DNA of 63,329 bases, filler included, from Welwitschia mirabilis (Eukaryota), in assembly GCA_051453625.1 (NCBI GenBank). It is 8 parts of one record of this genome, joined end to end, with 100 filler letters (N's around TTAATTAATTAA, not from the genome) between each part and the next. Parts side by side here need not be neighbours in the genome. Positions count along the whole stretch, not along the records: positions 61,008 to 63,329 come from JBOZIK010000001.1; 7 more parts are not named here. The stretch is one strand, 5' to 3'. This document shows, one piece after another, positions 61,008-63,329 of this stretch. Below the pieces are notes generated by a model that was not told the DNA's origin, searched no databases, and worked only from the letters and a program-made list of their open reading frames with translations. The translations under genes were made by a program, and so were the position numbers. The stretch's first letter is position 1; the number at the start of each line of letters is the position of its first letter.

Positions 61008-63329
61008 TACTTTTGTAGGATATTTATACAAGTTTAAGTGTAATTCTGTTGATTATAGAGAGATAATAGGGTGATCATAAAAGCATGTAATTCTTGACAT
61101 ATTTGAAATGTTTTAGGCATGATCTGATACTTAGCATATTGAAGGAAGACTAAATGGTGAAGAAGGCTAATTTACTCTACTTAATGAGCTTGGAAGAGGT
61201 ATGATCCCCACTGTCCTCCCCACGATAGTTAGGACGACAACACTCCTACTTATCAAGATATAGCACATGCAACACAGCATATGGTATCATCTTCTATGTT
61301 GTCCCCACAACATACAAGAATGTAACCCTCACACGAGCAAAAGCTATAGGGTTACAGTAGCACGTGAAGTACATGGAAATAGGTGGCATTGTCCCTATGT
61401 TGTCTGAATAATAAGCAGGGCAACAACTATTTTTACATGTTCTGAAATAAATATCTTTATAAATGGATTTAAGCAATCCATATCGGATGCTAGGGTTTTT
61501 TTCACTAATGTCTAGGGTTATCATTCTAAAACTTTCAATGTAAAACTATAAATACTATTTCCTCCTTCATTTCTAAACCATATTTTGTACTTAATATCCT
61601 TGTGACAAGAGCTTAAAGTGTAAGAAGTCCATCCAGTAGCTACAAAAAGGGGTTTCCTTCATGTTAGACTAAGTCTCTTCCATTGAAGTATTATTATTTT
61701 ATTATAATTGAATGTAAATTTCTTTGAATAAATATAAATACTCTTTTCATTCTAATTATATAAACGTCCCTTATGGTTTAAGTTGATTATAGTTAAGTGA
61801 TAGTTCTATGATTTATTTAGATCATGAAGGCAATCTTTGTTAAGGTTGACCTTAGTTAATCTAGGTTTGCATTTCAATTTCATATTATATATTGCATATT
61901 ATACTTGATAAATCACATAGTTTATGTCGGTTAAGAATTAGTAAAATGATCTTCTTAATTAACTTGAATTATAAGAAGGATAGTCTTTATGATAGAAAGG
62001 CTAGAAGCTAGTCATTGTGATAGAAGGATTAGAAACCAATAGAATTCAATTCATTTCCATTTTCGTTCACTTGCATTTCATCTCCATTCACTTGCATTGC
62101 ATTCACTTTATTATTTATTTTTAGTTAGTAAAAGATAAAAAACTAAAAGTACCTTTGAAAATCAATTCTTTAACTCTGAGCCTAATGCCTTTGTTGGGTT
62201 TACGACATTTAGGTGAACTCCCATCTCTACTAGCATGTGTCTTTCTACAAGTTATTTGATTTATAGATTTACTTAAAGAACTTTAGAATTACAAAAATAT
62301 CAATAACCAAATAAATACCTTGAATCCTCTGTTCATTTCATTTAATTTAATTATTGCTATATTTTTTAGCTTAGGTTAAAGTAAGTTTATTCCTACAAAC
62401 TTTATTTTTATAATTTTTCTTAGGGATACTGTCATTTTCTCTATCGTTCCAATGACATAAGACATGATAGTTTAAGATTTTAAAATTATTTTCTATTTTA
62501 AAAAATTTCTCTATTTTTCTTCATAATAAACTATCATTTTATCTATTGTCCCCACAGCCAAAAGAATAATAGTCCTGAAATTTTTTCACATTTTTAGTAT
62601 TTTAGTTTCTATAAAATAAATTAACTGTTATACTTTCTGTTATCAGCACAATAGTCTAGATGACAGTCTGTCAAAATTTCTATATTTTTTGATTTTTTTT
62701 AACTACAATCTTATTCCTTTTTATTGTCTCCATGATAAGGTAGATGAAGGTTTTTTATTTTTGATTTTGCCTTTTTGTTAGTTGTTGGAGCATACAGGGA
62801 TATGGTGAATTCTAGTAAGAAGACAAAATATTAGAGAAAATGAAACCTGGTTGAAGAAAACATCAGAGAAGGATTATTTGACTTCAAGCTAAATCTAGGT
62901 ATGCACACCTAAGGTATGTAAATTCTCAAAATTGAAAAAGAATATTTTTTTGCTTTTATTATTTTAGAATCAAATTTTAGTATAGAAATCGATCATATTT
63001 TTTCTTCAAATATGTCAAACATATCAAAAGCATCATAAAAACAAAAGCAAGTAACTTCATCTAATGCCCCAATCATAATAGGGACTTCTTCCTAGAATGC
63101 AAACATTACTCTTAGGGATTTAATTACTAATCAAAAACATAAAATTCAAAATCCTTTTGATTTATCTCCTAGAGATGGTATAGAACTAAAAAAGTTAAGT
63201 GCTTATCCAATTTTTTTAGGGAAACTAGAGTAACATCCTTTTCAACATTTAGTTGACTTTGAACAACTTATGCTTACCTCAAAAAATAGAAAAAACATAT
63301 TAGTGATCAAACTTATATAATTATTTTTC
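61008..63329 (+). mobile_element. Athila-type LTR family A (61008-~62297), leader and start of gag
   Basis: Collinear with 13560-14955 and with 15020-15570; 63090-63329 aligns to gag at 34875-35110 and 41480-41698. Confidence 0.85.

Overview
AT-rich, gappy plant nuclear draft sequence; the species cannot be determined from the sequence. It is dominated by decayed retroelements. These are a Sirevirus-type Ty1/copia tandem with an env-like ORF (1-9.8 kb), many Athila-type Ty3/gypsy LTRs and 5' internal regions, a CRM-type gypsy element (43-47.5 kb, minus strand) and an L1 LINE with a poly(A) tail (48.4-51.9 kb). Host-gene material comprises a 5'-truncated purple acid phosphatase pseudogene, single orphan exons of an oxysterol-binding ORP1-type gene and of a UDP-xylose synthase, and the first two clean exons of a PBS1/PBL-like kinase. 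Seven artificial N44-TTAATTAATTAA-N44 linkers split the window into joined pieces. The best leads are two LTRs each flanked by both a PPT and a PBS, a gene-fragment mosaic ending in a Helitron-like terminus, an unidentified ~1 kb decayed intronless ORF, two Athila internal types shared between two LTR families, and a degenerate ~45-50 bp tandem array. I found no prokaryotic features and no proven novel system. All alignments and translations were done by eye.
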